A stretch of 64,000 nt of DNA from Spirochaetota bacterium (GCA_029974015.1 JARKUF010000014.1:217-64216); one strand, 5' to 3'. Positions 37,115 to 48,176 are shown, counted from the stretch's first letter. Notes: generated by a model from the letters alone, not told the origin. Numbers and translations: made by a program.

Positions 37115-38029
37115 TTACCCTGCCGATGAGGCCGTTTTATTTAACAGGGGAAACCCCATTTCCTCTCGTATGGATAGATATTGTTCGGCCGCCTTTCGGG
37201 CCATGGTGCGAACCCGGGCGATATATCCGACCCGCTCGGTAACTGAAATCGCACTCCGGGCATCGAGCATGTTGAAAACATGGGAACATTTCAGCACGTA
37301 ATCGTATGCGGGCAATATGAGTTTCACGGGTTGGTAATCCAAGATAGCGTGGAACTCCTTTTCGTACATATCGAAGAGCTTAAAGAGAAGATCCGTGTCG
37401 GCGACATTGAAGTTGTAATGGGAAAATTCGAACTCGCTGCGGTGATGAACATCGCGATAGGTTATGGTGTCGTTCCATTTAACATCGAACACGTTGTCGA
37501 CTCCCTGGATGTACATGCAGAGGCGCTCAATACCATAGGTGAGCTCAACGGATATCGGGTGAAGGTCAATGCTGCCGCATTGCTGAAAGTAGGTAAATTG
37601 CGTGACCTCCATGCCATCGAGCCAGACTTCCCATCCAAGACCGGCGGCCCCGAGGGTCGGGGATTCCCAGTCGTCCTCTACGAAGCGGACATCATGCTCC
37701 TCAAGGTTGATTCCGATGTGGCGCAGGGAATCAAGATAGAGGTCCTGGATATCCGGAGGTGATGGTTTCATTATCACCTGGTATTGGTAATAATGCTGAA
37801 GTCTATTGGGATTTGCGCCGTACCGTCCGTCCGTGGGACGCCTTGATGGTTCCACGTAGGCCACGTTCCACGGCTCCGGACCAAGGCATCGCAGGAATGT
37901 CGCGGGGTTAAATGTGCCGGCTCCGACTTCGAGATCGTAACCCATGATGACCAGGCAACCACGGGAGGCCCAGAAATCATGAAGCCGTGCGATTATCTCC
38001 TGGAAGGTGGGGGCTTGACGGCTGACCAT
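37115..38029 (-). CDS. glyQ: Glycine-tRNA ligase alpha subunit
   Basis: [33 protein letters not shown]. Confidence 0.97.
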   Translation of the reverse strand: MVSRQAPTFQEIIARLHDFWASRGCLVIMGYDLEVGAGTFNPATFLRCLGPEPWNVAYVEPSRRPTDGRYGANPNRLQHYYQYQVIMKPSPPDIQDLYLDSLRHIGINLEEHDVRFVEDDWESPTLGAAGLGWEVWLDGMEVTQFTYFQQCGSIDLHPISVELTYGIERLCMYIQGVDNVFDVKWNDTITYRDVHHRSEFEFSHYNFNVADTDLLFKLFDMYEKEFHAILDYQPVKLILPAYDYVLKCSHVFNMLDARSAISVTERVGYIARVRTMARKAAEQYLSIREEMGFPLLNKTASSAG

Positions 38030-38288
38030 GTCGATTCTCTCTTGCTTTTGGATTAAGCGAAACTTTACACAATTACGCACACTCCCTTTTGTCAAGAATT
38101 ATTCACGCGCTGGTTAAAGGGCGCCGGTAAAAGGGAAGCAGGGATATTTGCCGGATAAATCAAAGTTGCAGGCCTGAAACGGTTTGAGATTGAAATGGTT
38201 TTTCTCATTCCGCGAAGCCGGTGTCCGGGGAGGAAACCATATAGAAATTGCCAGCAGCACAACTCCGGAGAATTCCGCCTGATGGCGT

Positions 38289-39791
38289 TTAGTGGATTTC
38301 CTGGGATTGGACTTCATACGCCTGCTTCAGCATATTGTGCAGGGCCATGAATTCTTCGCGGCGTGCAATTTGAAAATACTCTAAAACGTCTTCGTCGAGC
38401 ACCTCGTATTTAATTCTGTTCATCTCTATGTCCAGGAGGACCGTGGAAAGATATACTATGTATATCAGGTCGCGGTATTGTTCAGGGGCCAAATGCGGTC
38501 TCTTATGATACTCAATTGTATTGACCAGGGCCTCGTTAAAACCCCACTTTTTCAGTATCATGCTTCCCAGGGTGCTGTGGCTGATGCCAAGGCTCATTTC
38601 CTCAAGGACCCCCGAGTCACCGATGCCTTTTATGCCCACGAGGCCCTTTATTTTCTCCGAAATTTCAGGCTTGATGGACAGAATTACAAGCCTGCCGATT
38701 TCCGACAGGAGGGCGGCAAGATACACGAATTCGACGAGCCTCACTTTTTTATATTGGATGGCGATGCGCTGGGAGTAAAAAGCCGCCCTGTGGGAATGTT
38801 TCCACATTGCCTCGAACTTTTTATAGCGTGATTCCATTATCTTCTGGACCCCGCTTGCCACAATGAGGGTGTTGATCCCTTTCATCCCGATTTTCAACAC
38901 CGCTTCCTCTATGGTCTCAACCCTGTTGATGGTCATGTAACCGGCTGAGTTTGCGATTTTCAGTATGTTTGTAGTCAAACCCGGATCGCGTTTTATACGA
39001 TCGGATATCTCTTTTATTTTTGTTTCAGGATTGAAACAAAGCCTCTGAATTTCCTTGATGTGGGCCGGAAAAGAAGGGAGGCTTTCAATTTCATTCGTTA
39101 TTTCGCCGGCCACAAGCGTTTGTCGTTCCTTGAGGATATGGTCGACAGGAATGGTGACGGTGGCAACGGTAAGCTTCTCACGGCGCATAATTTTGACCGG
39201 ATTAGCCGGGAAACCGGAGTTTTTAAAAAGCATGGTGGCCACGATTAGGCCGAGGCCGGCCCCCTCGGAATCATCCAGGGCGTCGTCGAAGGCTTCGTAG
39301 ATATTGTTGTAGGTATTTGCTTGTTTTATCCGTGCGTTTATTTTTTGAAGCTCGACATCCAGGATGGGAGAATTGTTGATCACATGGATGATGAAATTAC
39401 CGTTGCGGAAGATGAAGGAGGCCCTGACAACCAGCTTGGCCGTTGCGAGCCCGTCAAAGTCGACCAACCGCTTCTCATAGGCCTCCTCCTTAAATTTTTT
39501 CATGCCGAGCTTATAGCTTTCCCGATCATTGATATCGAGTTTCTTCTCGAAAAAATAGAGCCGTTTCATGTTGGCCTTGACGGCATTATTGACCAACTCC
39601 CTGAGAACAGTTAGGAGAATGTCTTTTATGTAGAGGATGTCGTACTGTTCAAGAAAACGGTGAAGTATTTTCGTCAGGAGCGATTCGACTTCGGGGGTTA
39701 CATGGTAAAATTGGAGATAGACGTCCATCCCTTCCTTGATGGATTCCCGGTAAGAAGGTGGATTGATTATAAACGATTCCCTTTTATTCAC
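38289..39791 (-). CDS. HATPase-like plus HDOD domain protein
   Basis: ELVNNAVKAN, GAGLGL, DPGLTTNILKIANS, WKHS. Confidence 0.88.
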   Translation of the reverse strand: MNKRESFIINPPSYRESIKEGMDVYLQFYHVTPEVESLLTKILHRFLEQYDILYIKDILLTVLRELVNNAVKANMKRLYFFEKKLDINDRESYKLGMKKFKEEAYEKRLVDFDGLATAKLVVRASFIFRNGNFIIHVINNSPILDVELQKINARIKQANTYNNIYEAFDDALDDSEGAGLGLIVATMLFKNSGFPANPVKIMRREKLTVATVTIPVDHILKERQTLVAGEITNEIESLPSFPAHIKEIQRLCFNPETKIKEISDRIKRDPGLTTNILKIANSAGYMTINRVETIEEAVLKIGMKGINTLIVASGVQKIMESRYKKFEAMWKHSHRAAFYSQRIAIQYKKVRLVEFVYLAALLSEIGRLVILSIKPEISEKIKGLVGIKGIGDSGVLEEMSLGISHSTLGSMILKKWGFNEALVNTIEYHKRPHLAPEQYRDLIYIVYLSTVLLDIEMNRIKYEVLDEDVLEYFQIARREEFMALHNMLKQAYEVQSQEIH

Positions 39792-39894
39792 TGTCGCTTG
39801 CTTCCCCGCTAATTACGCCGCTTTTTTTTGTTTTGCCGCTTGTGTAGCATGTCGACCTTGGATTTTCGCCAGATTTATCGAGCGTATCAACAGA

Positions 39895-42810
39895 TCACAA
39901 AAAATCAAACCATTTATTATGATTTTTCAGAGCTCCCTCGATAACCGTGGCGACACCGAAAAAGACCTGGCTTTCTCCCATGGGGCCAAATCCCCTTGCA
40001 GCGCCGATATATCCGGTAATATCTAGATAATATCCCAGGGTGGTTCTCATGTGGAGTTCTACTCCTGCGGACGACCTAAACCCGCCGGAGGCATTAGATC
40101 CGGACCACACGTTTCCATATTCGAAAAAAAGGGCGCCCCAAAGGTCTCGAAACATGAGAGGATAGGTATTGTGGCCCACATCGGCTTGCAACAGAGGGAC
40201 GCGGTATTCTGTTGCAGCGACGGCAAGGCGCGTTCCATAGAGCCCTCCTGCGGGATAGCCCCTCATCCCGAAAGAGTCCTCATCCTGTGGAACACCGCCC
40301 GATCTGCCTTTTTCATAACGCCCAAGGCTATATGGCGCAAGATGATCCGGTGCCCCGACGGAAATTCCGCCGCGCAGCCGAAGCAGGATGATATTGTTTC
40401 GCCAGGGGCCGGACACAAACTCCGAGTATTCGCCCCGTGTTTTGTGGAAAGCGTAATCTGAACCGAGGTTTTCACGGTAATTATCGTGGATAATAAACAA
40501 AGACCTTCCATCTTCCTTGCTTATGGAAAAGGGATATTCCCGCGTGCTGTCATGATACAAAGCCAGACGGGCATAGCCCAGGGAATCATGGTGCGTTGCA
40601 ACAGGGTGGCCCGGAAGGAAGATATCGGTCCTGGCAGTTTCCCTTTCCCAGGCGAGAATGAACACATCCCTTGTAATGAAACGAAGGAAAGGAACGGCAA
40701 TTCCCAGGGCGAGGTTGCGTTTCAGTTTTCTTCTCGTTTCTGTGGAATTTTCCCCCTCCCAGGGGAAGAGGTCATCTCCCCAAAAGAGCGTATCATCCCT
40801 GTATGCTGCAAGGACATCTGGATAAAACGGCGATATCATGAGGGTGGCGTCAACCGCGGCCCTCTCCTGAAAAGCATATACATAAGCCAACAACGAATAC
40901 TGGTATTGGTAGAGGGTATCGCTCCCCATGGTTGTAAAACCGAAGGCATTGTCGGTTTTACCTTCGTATGCTTTTTCCGTGAAATACACGGGGATCCAGA
41001 ATGAAGGCAGCACGCTAAACCATGGCCTATAGGAGCGAGCTGAAAGCTCTCGGGTTGTTTCCCGGGGCGTCGGGGTGAAATATTCACCGGGAAGAGGAAG
41101 GACAGCGTGCACCGGCTCTTCAGCCCCGGATGCCGGGTAATCGATGAGCGCTATGTCGAATCCCCCAGCTCCATAATTGGAAAAAGCGATCGTGCGGCCC
41201 GAGGGAGATACATCCGGCGAGACCGCCCCGCCAATAAGGTTGGTTAGGCGTCGGACCGTATTTCGGCCTTCATGCCATTCATAGAGATTGTAGACCCCGG
41301 TCCTGTCGGAAGAAAAAACCAGGCGTTTTCCATCGGGATACCAGGAAGGATGCAGGAGATTTTCGTTGCAGGTAAAAATTTTCAATGTGGTTTTGTCCCC
41401 GATGTTGTGAATAGCGATATTGGATTTCCCATCCCTGTCCTTATATGTAAAGGCGATGCGCGTGCTGTCGGGAGATATTCGGGGATGGGCCACCTGGATG
41501 TCGGTCCCTTCAATGATCGGCCTGGCTTTTCCAGACACGATATCTTCAAGCATAAGCCAGTAACTGTCCCGTTCCTGCTTCACGTAAATCAGGCTTTTAC
41601 CGTCGGCTCCTACGTCTACCTGGAGGGCCCGCCGCCTCCAGGTCCTCCGTTTATATGAGCCGCTGTAGCTAAAAATATCGTAATATTGAGAATGGTTCCT
41701 GTACAATTCAAGGTCTGAAAGATAGGCGCTGCCGTCCCCAGCAATGGAGAGACTGCCGGGATAATGCACCTGGCACAGATTTTTGGCCACCTTCGTCTCG
41801 AAGGAGTATTTCATCAGGGTCGGGGCGCCGTAGGGAGTCGATTTCACCCAGAAGAGGGAGTTCCCGTCCGGGTGGAAGCGCGGAAACATAGTCCTGTAGC
41901 CGGACTTTGTGACAGACATGAACTCGGTGATATTTGCGTTTTTTATAGAATCAATTTGCTTTTTATATTTCAAACTCACGCTCTTTTTCCACTCCAGCCA
42001 GAGGCCTGGAAAATCTTTCCTGTAAACCTGATTTGCATTATAGTTTACAAAATACGGAAGAATGTTGTCGCTGTTCTCCTGCATGACCCTGGAAAAACTG
42101 TCCCGCCCGTAATGCGCCTCGAGGTGTTCGATAAACAGGCCGCCGTACAAATAGGGTACGGAACCGCCGGGCCATTTTCGGGGATAATGGGAAGCTACGT
42201 CTATCTCCGGGAAGCCCCCCGATGCGATTTCGCTGCGCAAAATCATGTCGGTCCAGGTGCTGTTGTTTCTTCCATATCTGGAATCACGTGATTCATGGTA
42301 GACGGCGTTTCCCTCTATCTGCCAGATGGGGAGGAACATATTGGGGAAACAGCATCTTCCCACAGTGTACCGGGACATGGCGGGTAGGCCTCCGATGGTG
42401 TCCAGGTTAAGGATATGCGTGTATTCGTGGGTAAACACGAGGGTAAGCCAGTCGTCATAATTATTTAGAACGCCGTCAGGCTCAGGGCGGGAAACGTATA
42501 TCTGGACCCTATTATAAGGAAAGGGCTGGGCAAAACCATTGCTCAAATCCATCGAGTCCACGAGGACAATATCGGTTCGGAGATATGGCTCCCATCCTAT
42601 ATCCCGCGCCAGACGTCGGTGGACTTCTTCGGCAATGACGGTCATTCTGCCAGCAGCCTCTTCAAGTCCCCGGGGGTAATGGACCCAAAAATGGTCAGTG
42701 CGTATCGACATCCATTGAAGATCGGGATCAAACATTATCGAAGCTTCGGAAGGCGCCGCGAGAAACAGAATAAAAATTTGGATGATAAAAAGATGCAAAC
42801 CGCGTTTCAT
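39895..42810 (-). CDS. Zn-metallopeptidase / TolB-like propeller / Omp85 barrel protein
   Basis: HEYTH...EG, PD40-like repeats (PRISPD, PSWYPDG), MRGY and FFEYG barrel motifs. Confidence 0.8.
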   Translation of the reverse strand: MKRGLHLFIIQIFILFLAAPSEASIMFDPDLQWMSIRTDHFWVHYPRGLEEAAGRMTVIAEEVHRRLARDIGWEPYLRTDIVLVDSMDLSNGFAQPFPYNRVQIYVSRPEPDGVLNNYDDWLTLVFTHEYTHILNLDTIGGLPAMSRYTVGRCCFPNMFLPIWQIEGNAVYHESRDSRYGRNNSTWTDMILRSEIASGGFPEIDVASHYPRKWPGGSVPYLYGGLFIEHLEAHYGRDSFSRVMQENSDNILPYFVNYNANQVYRKDFPGLWLEWKKSVSLKYKKQIDSIKNANITEFMSVTKSGYRTMFPRFHPDGNSLFWVKSTPYGAPTLMKYSFETKVAKNLCQVHYPGSLSIAGDGSAYLSDLELYRNHSQYYDIFSYSGSYKRRTWRRRALQVDVGADGKSLIYVKQERDSYWLMLEDIVSGKARPIIEGTDIQVAHPRISPDSTRIAFTYKDRDGKSNIAIHNIGDKTTLKIFTCNENLLHPSWYPDGKRLVFSSDRTGVYNLYEWHEGRNTVRRLTNLIGGAVSPDVSPSGRTIAFSNYGAGGFDIALIDYPASGAEEPVHAVLPLPGEYFTPTPRETTRELSARSYRPWFSVLPSFWIPVYFTEKAYEGKTDNAFGFTTMGSDTLYQYQYSLLAYVYAFQERAAVDATLMISPFYPDVLAAYRDDTLFWGDDLFPWEGENSTETRRKLKRNLALGIAVPFLRFITRDVFILAWERETARTDIFLPGHPVATHHDSLGYARLALYHDSTREYPFSISKEDGRSLFIIHDNYRENLGSDYAFHKTRGEYSEFVSGPWRNNIILLRLRGGISVGAPDHLAPYSLGRYEKGRSGGVPQDEDSFGMRGYPAGGLYGTRLAVAATEYRVPLLQADVGHNTYPLMFRDLWGALFFEYGNVWSGSNASGGFRSSAGVELHMRTTLGYYLDITGYIGAARGFGPMGESQVFFGVATVIEGALKNHNKWFDFL

Positions 42811-42836
42811 ACGTAAAAAGCCCCAAGATGAGTATA

Positions 42837-43075
42837 TGCAACCTCTTAAAATCAGGTTTTTCCGACCGCCGAGGGCGGACGGAAAAACCTAAGGACAGTC
42901 ACAAAAACTTTGTTTACCCGCCCGCCTTCGGCGGGCAGGTAAACCTGAGTCCTGAGTATGTCAGCAGCTACAATTCATAAGACCTCTAAAAATTTATTTT
43001 TTTGAGGTCTCACATGAGTTTTTGTGGCTACCCCTAATTATTAGAGGTTGCCATAATTGAATTTTGGAGGTTCCC
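42837..43075. mobile_element. Nested MITE stack: outer type A 42837-43052, inner type B, extra A end to 43075
   Basis: TGCAACCTCTTAAAATCAGG ... CTAA[B]CTAA TTATTAGAGGTTGCC ... GGAGGTTCCC. Confidence 0.88.
42893..43033 (+). mobile_element. Type-B MITE-like element (141 bp) with CTAA duplication
   Basis: TIRs GGACAGTCACAAAAACT / AGTTTTTGTGGCTACCC; contains the type-A internal modules. Confidence 0.9.
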
Positions 43076-43094
43076 GTTTGTTTGTCAAAACAAT

Positions 43095-43122
43095 ATTGTA
43101 AAGAAAACAAAGAGTAATGCAA
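43095..43122 (-). promoter_or_regulatory. Putative sigma70 promoter (minus strand)
   Basis: TTGCAT-N16-TACAAT. Confidence 0.5.
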
Positions 43123-43298
43123 CTCTTTTCGAGGCCGCCTCAGGGATGTATGGCGAATGTTTACGTCCAGATGTTCTTTTACGGAAAAAACGGGTAACGA
43201 ATATTTCCCTAAAACCTATTATTTGTTATTTACAAAAAGGGGCCTCATGAATAGATCATCTGTTTAGTGATGTACCCCCATTTTTTCAGGAGCCTACG

Positions 43299-44864
43299 AT
43301 GAAAGTACTGCTTATAAACCCGCCATATCCATTTGAGGAATCCCCCACCCCGCCATTTGGCATCATGTCTCTTGCGGCATTCATAAGGGAAAAGGGGATA
43401 GAGGTATCGATAGAGGACTACATCATCGCCCCTTATACCCGCGAAAGGGCCAAAAGGGTGGTCGAAGATTTCCGCCCAGATATCATCGGAGCTACGGGCG
43501 TTACGATGAATATAAAGCGATCACTTGAAATATTGGAAGATTATAAGGCGGTCGCGCCCATGTCTTTCACCGTACTGGGAGGCCCCCATGTGACATTCGA
43601 CGCAGAAGATATTTTGGGACGCAATCCGTTTGTTGACGGCGTTGTTCGCGGAGAAGGAGAACTCACGCTTTTGGAGCTAACCGAGTCCCTCGGCAGGAAA
43701 GAAGACCTCAGCGGGATACTCGGAATGAGCTACCGTTCCGGCGGCTCCATCGTCCATAACCAAACGCGGCCTTTCATCGAGGACATCAACATACTCCCCT
43801 ACCCGGCCCGCGATCTTGTTGAGCTGAACAAGTACAAGGCCATGGGCTTTCCAATCAATATGGTGACCTCCCGGGGATGTCCCCATAAATGCATTTTCTG
43901 CGTAGGCAGCAAAATGGTGGGACGCAAGGTGAGGTATTTCGACGTCAAGAGGGTTGTCGACGAATTTGAGATGCTGTCGAAGATGGGATTCAACCAAATT
44001 AACATCGTGGACGATCTCTTCACCTCCCATAAAAACAGGTGCATAGCCATATGCGATGAAATTGTCAAACGCGGCATCGAACATCCCTGGACCGCCTTCG
44101 CAAGGGTCGATACGGTGTCAAAAGACCTACTCACGGCCATGAAAAAGGCCGGATGCTCAATGCTCTGTTTCGGCATAGAGAGTGGCAATCAGGAAATTCT
44201 CGACACGATTAAAAAAAAGATTACCTTGGAGAAATGCCGCCAGGCGGTGGACCTCTGCAATGAAACCGGTATCGCCCCCATGGCGTCGTACATACTCGGC
44301 CTGCCTGGCGAAACGGCCGAAACGATCCGAACCACCATGGATTTCGCCCGCTCCCTGACCCCACATTATGGATACCACATCCTTGCTCCTTTCCCCGGTA
44401 CGGAGGTGCGGGAGATGTGCGACCTGTATGGATTGCGGATTTTGACCAGCGACTGGGACCGCTACGACGCGAACCAGTGCGTCGCCGATACAGGGCTGGT
44501 ACCGTACCAGGAGATTGACGAAATCGTTGCCGAATTCAATGCCGGGATAAAACGTTATGTCGAAAGCGCCATAAGGAGAAAGGAAGCAGGCGAATCCCTG
44601 TCTCCGAGCGACGAAGACATGATAAAGAAGCTTTCCTCCTTTTTTGTGGTGAAAGACATCATCATGAAAGAGCTCGTTGAATCGTACCGGGGCCTTAACG
44701 GTGGCGCCGGGAAAAATGAAATACTTGACGATTTCTCGGCCTATGTTTCCTCCAGCACCGGCCATCCCGGCGGCATCACCAGGGAAATTATCGAAAATCT
44801 GGTGGGGATGAAGGCCCTGGCCCTTTCGGAAAAAGAGGGGGCCGCCCGCGTTACCTGGAACTGA
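43299..44864 (+). CDS. B12-binding radical SAM protein
   Basis: GGPHVT, GEGE, SRGCPHKCIFC, GIESG. Confidence 0.93.
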   Translation: MKVLLINPPYPFEESPTPPFGIMSLAAFIREKGIEVSIEDYIIAPYTRERAKRVVEDFRPDIIGATGVTMNIKRSLEILEDYKAVAPMSFTVLGGPHVTFDAEDILGRNPFVDGVVRGEGELTLLELTESLGRKEDLSGILGMSYRSGGSIVHNQTRPFIEDINILPYPARDLVELNKYKAMGFPINMVTSRGCPHKCIFCVGSKMVGRKVRYFDVKRVVDEFEMLSKMGFNQINIVDDLFTSHKNRCIAICDEIVKRGIEHPWTAFARVDTVSKDLLTAMKKAGCSMLCFGIESGNQEILDTIKKKITLEKCRQAVDLCNETGIAPMASYILGLPGETAETIRTTMDFARSLTPHYGYHILAPFPGTEVREMCDLYGLRILTSDWDRYDANQCVADTGLVPYQEIDEIVAEFNAGIKRYVESAIRRKEAGESLSPSDEDMIKKLSSFFVVKDIIMKELVESYRGLNGGAGKNEILDDFSAYVSSSTGHPGGITREIIENLVGMKALALSEKEGAARVTWN

Positions 44865-44870
44865 AGGGCC

Positions 44871-46427
44871 ATGAGTCCCCCTTCTCTCTTTCGATCTACG
44901 GGTATCGTCGCATTATCGACGCTGCTGAGCCGGGTACTCGGTTTTGTGAGGGACATGCTCACCGCTAAATATTTCGGCGCCACCGGGTCCCTTGACGCTT
45001 TTTTTGTCGCCTTTCGGATCCCCAATCTCTTTCGTCGCCTCACCGCCGAAGGAGCGCTTTCCGCGAGCTTTATTCCGGTATATACCGAATACCTTATAAA
45101 TCGGGGCGATGCGGAAGCCTTGAAGCTCGCCCAGAAGGCCCTTTCAATTCTGGTCCTTTTTCTAACAGGGCTAATTCTCCTGGGAATAGTCTTCTCCCCG
45201 GAAATTGTTAAGGTCATTGCATTCGGATTTACTGACCCGGGAAAGATCGAGCTTACCGTATTTCTCAACCGAATCATGTTCCCGTATCTCTTCTTCGTTA
45301 GCCTCGTAGCCTTCGCCATGGGAGTGCTCAATTCCCACGATTATTTCTTTGCTCCCGCTTTTTCTCCGGTCCTCCTCAACATGGGCATCATCGCCGGAAT
45401 AATTTTAATCAGCTCATTCTTCCATGAGCCTCTTTATGGGATGGCAATCGGGGTCATCGCCGGAGGGGTTCTTCAACTCCTTTTGCAGGTCCCGTACCTC
45501 ATAAAAAGCGGATTCAAGTTGAAAATATCCATCGACTTGCGGCATCCCGGCATCAGGAAAATCGGGGCCCTCATGGCCCCGCTCCTCCTGGGGACGGCCA
45601 TATACCAGATAAACACCTTCATGACCACGGTCCTGGCGTCATTCCTTCCCGACGGGAGCATTTCCTATCTTTACTATTCAGACCGTCTCAACGAAATGGT
45701 CCTGGGTGTTTTTATAGTGTCGATCGGGAATGTCATTCTCCCTGCCATGTCGAAGGTTTCGGCCGTGAACGACATGTCGCGGCTTCGGGACCTTTATGGA
45801 GGCTCGATGGGGGCGGCGCTTTTCCTCGCAATACCCGCCGCAACGGCTCTTATGACTGCAGGCGTCCCCATCGTCTCTGTCCTCTTTATGAGGGACCGAT
45901 TCACCCCCTTCCATGCCGTAATGACCGAGAAGGCGCTTTTCTATGCCAGCATGGGTATCGTATCAATAGCGATACTCCGCATTACCATGCCGGCCTTCTA
46001 TTCTCTGAAAGACACGAGAACACCGGTCATAACATCTGCCGTTTCATTTATTCTGAATATTTCCCTTGGACTGGTCCTCATGCGCACAGGTCTGAAGCAT
46101 GCGGGACTTTCCCTTGCCAACACGATCGCCGTGACGGTCCAGGTGGTGTTGCTTTTGATGGTGTTGAGAAAAAAGATCGGAGGGCTAGACCTTGGAGGAG
46201 TTCTCGTTTCTTCCCTGAAGATTTGCGCGGCCTCCCTCTTCATGGGTTGGGTCCTCTACGGCCTCTCCCTTCAGGTCGACTGGCTTCATGACGGTATTGC
46301 CCGACGGGTGATATTGCTGGGTATTATGATTGGAGTTGGAGGAGGTGCCTATTTTGCCGCCTGCGCCCTCCTCGGTGTCCCGGAAATAGCCTTTATAGCG
46401 AACAAATTACGCTCACTGAAACGGTGA
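44871..46427 (+). CDS. murJ: Lipid II flippase MurJ
   Basis: SRVLGFVRD, AFRIPNLFRRLTAEGA, multi-TM. Confidence 0.95.
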   Translation: MSPPSLFRSTGIVALSTLLSRVLGFVRDMLTAKYFGATGSLDAFFVAFRIPNLFRRLTAEGALSASFIPVYTEYLINRGDAEALKLAQKALSILVLFLTGLILLGIVFSPEIVKVIAFGFTDPGKIELTVFLNRIMFPYLFFVSLVAFAMGVLNSHDYFFAPAFSPVLLNMGIIAGIILISSFFHEPLYGMAIGVIAGGVLQLLLQVPYLIKSGFKLKISIDLRHPGIRKIGALMAPLLLGTAIYQINTFMTTVLASFLPDGSISYLYYSDRLNEMVLGVFIVSIGNVILPAMSKVSAVNDMSRLRDLYGGSMGAALFLAIPAATALMTAGVPIVSVLFMRDRFTPFHAVMTEKALFYASMGIVSIAILRITMPAFYSLKDTRTPVITSAVSFILNISLGLVLMRTGLKHAGLSLANTIAVTVQVVLLLMVLRKKIGGLDLGGVLVSSLKICAASLFMGWVLYGLSLQVDWLHDGIARRVILLGIMIGVGGGAYFAACALLGVPEIAFIANKLRSLKR

Positions 46428-46573
46428 AGAACCGAGCCACTGAAATTTTGTTGACTAAAATGGGTATTACTTCCTTAATTGTCCATTAAAAAAAGCATGC
46501 GGAAACATAATGATATCGACACATTTTCATCTGCCTGCACATCGTATTTAATGAATCCTGACAGGAGCATATA

Positions 46574-46852
46574 ATGGCAAAAGAAAAGATATTCTGCGCG
46601 AACTGCCTTAACTGCATCGTCATTAGGCAGTACGAATCGGAACCGGACAGATACGTCCTCAGAGTGAAATGCTTGAAAAAGAAATGGGTAAAGAGGTCCG
46701 GCGAAGAAAAGCTATACAAGTATTTTACAGTGGCGCGCAGGATCATGGACGATTGCGAGGATTTCATCGAAGGAGGAGAACTCTTCCCCTATATCAAGAA
46801 TCTTCGAAAGGAACTTCCAATTAAGGACGAGATATACTCAATCAAGGGTTGA
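46574..46852 (+). CDS. Small Cys-rich hypothetical protein
   Basis: AGGAG RBS; CANCLNC ... C ... C. Confidence 0.8.
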   Translation: MAKEKIFCANCLNCIVIRQYESEPDRYVLRVKCLKKKWVKRSGEEKLYKYFTVARRIMDDCEDFIEGGELFPYIKNLRKELPIKDEIYSIKG

Positions 46853-46856
46853 GGAT

Positions 46857-48176
46857 ATGTTCCGCGGCTTCAAAGGAGGGATACACCCTCCGGAGAACAA
46901 GCATTTCTCCGGAGGAAAAAGTTTTTCCAACCTTTCGGTGCCCCATTCTTGCTTTATCCCGTTACAACAGCACATAGGCAAGCCGGCTAAACCTGTCGTC
47001 GAACCGGGACAGTCTGTAGAGGAAGGCCAGTTGATCGGATCTTCCGACGGCTTTATTAGCGCCAATGTCCATTCGTCAATCCCTGGAAAAGTAGTCGAGA
47101 TACGAGAACATCCCACGGTATATACCCCCTTCGGCCAGTGCGTAGTGATCGAAACCGGAGGGGCATTCGCGTCCAACGTCACCCGGGAGCCTGACAACAC
47201 CTGGGCCGAACTACCCGGAGAGGAACTCCTCGGCCGCATTCGTGAATGCGGCATAGTTGGGCTGGGAGGCGCCGCATTTCCCACGATGGTGAAACTCTCT
47301 CCTCCAAGAAACAAGGTAATAGACACGCTCCTCATCAACGGCTCGGAATGCGAACCCTACCTCACTGTAGACGACATGCTCTTGAGGACCTACCCCGCAG
47401 AGATAATCGAGGGGACGAGGATAATTTTGAAAATTCTCGGCGTTAAAAGGGCCGTGATCGGCGTAGAAAAAAACAAACCAGACGCTGTCAGGGCGCTCAA
47501 ACAAGCCATCTCCGCGTCCAGGTTCAGGGAAAAAGTCGAAATATGGACGTTAAAAACAAAATATCCCCAGGGTGCGGAAAAGCAGCTCATCAAAGCCGTA
47601 CTGAACCGGGAAGTGCCTTCAGGGGGACTTCCCATGGACGCCGCGGTAGTTGTTCAAAACGTGGGCACCGTATTCGCCATTCGGGAAGCGGTCTTATTTA
47701 AAAAATCACTCTTCGAAAGATACATAACTGTTACCGGAGCCATCGTGAATAATCCCGGTAATTACAAGGTCAGGATCGGCACCCGAATTTCCGATATTCT
47801 CCGGGAGATTGGCGGTCTTACCGAGGAACCCGCAAAGATTATAATGGGGGGACCCATGTGCGGCATCAGCCTCAATTCGCTTGAAGTCCCGGTAGTCAAG
47901 GGGACCTCGGGGGTGCTTTTTCTCGGGAAAAACGAGGTGGATGTCGTAGACTACAGGCCCTGCATCCGCTGCGGCCGCTGCGTTACCGTGTGCCCCTCTG
48001 GACTCCTCCCCTGCGATCTTTGCAATGCCGTAGAAAAAAACCAATTGCAAATTGCGGAAGGGCTTAGCCCCTTCGATTGCATAATGTGCGGTTCATGCAC
48101 ATACGTATGTCCCTCCAGAAGACCAATCAGCCACTTCATAAAGGTGGGACAGCAGAGGCTGCGAAAATTGAAATAA
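46857..48176 (+). CDS. rnfC: Rnf complex subunit C
   Basis: GGIHP, GLGGAAFPT, ECEPYLT, YPQGAEKQL, two 4Fe-4S motifs. Confidence 0.95.
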   Translation: MFRGFKGGIHPPENKHFSGGKSFSNLSVPHSCFIPLQQHIGKPAKPVVEPGQSVEEGQLIGSSDGFISANVHSSIPGKVVEIREHPTVYTPFGQCVVIETGGAFASNVTREPDNTWAELPGEELLGRIRECGIVGLGGAAFPTMVKLSPPRNKVIDTLLINGSECEPYLTVDDMLLRTYPAEIIEGTRIILKILGVKRAVIGVEKNKPDAVRALKQAISASRFREKVEIWTLKTKYPQGAEKQLIKAVLNREVPSGGLPMDAAVVVQNVGTVFAIREAVLFKKSLFERYITVTGAIVNNPGNYKVRIGTRISDILREIGGLTEEPAKIIMGGPMCGISLNSLEVPVVKGTSGVLFLGKNEVDVVDYRPCIRCGRCVTVCPSGLLPCDLCNAVEKNQLQIAEGLSPFDCIMCGSCTYVCPSRRPISHFIKVGQQRLRKLK

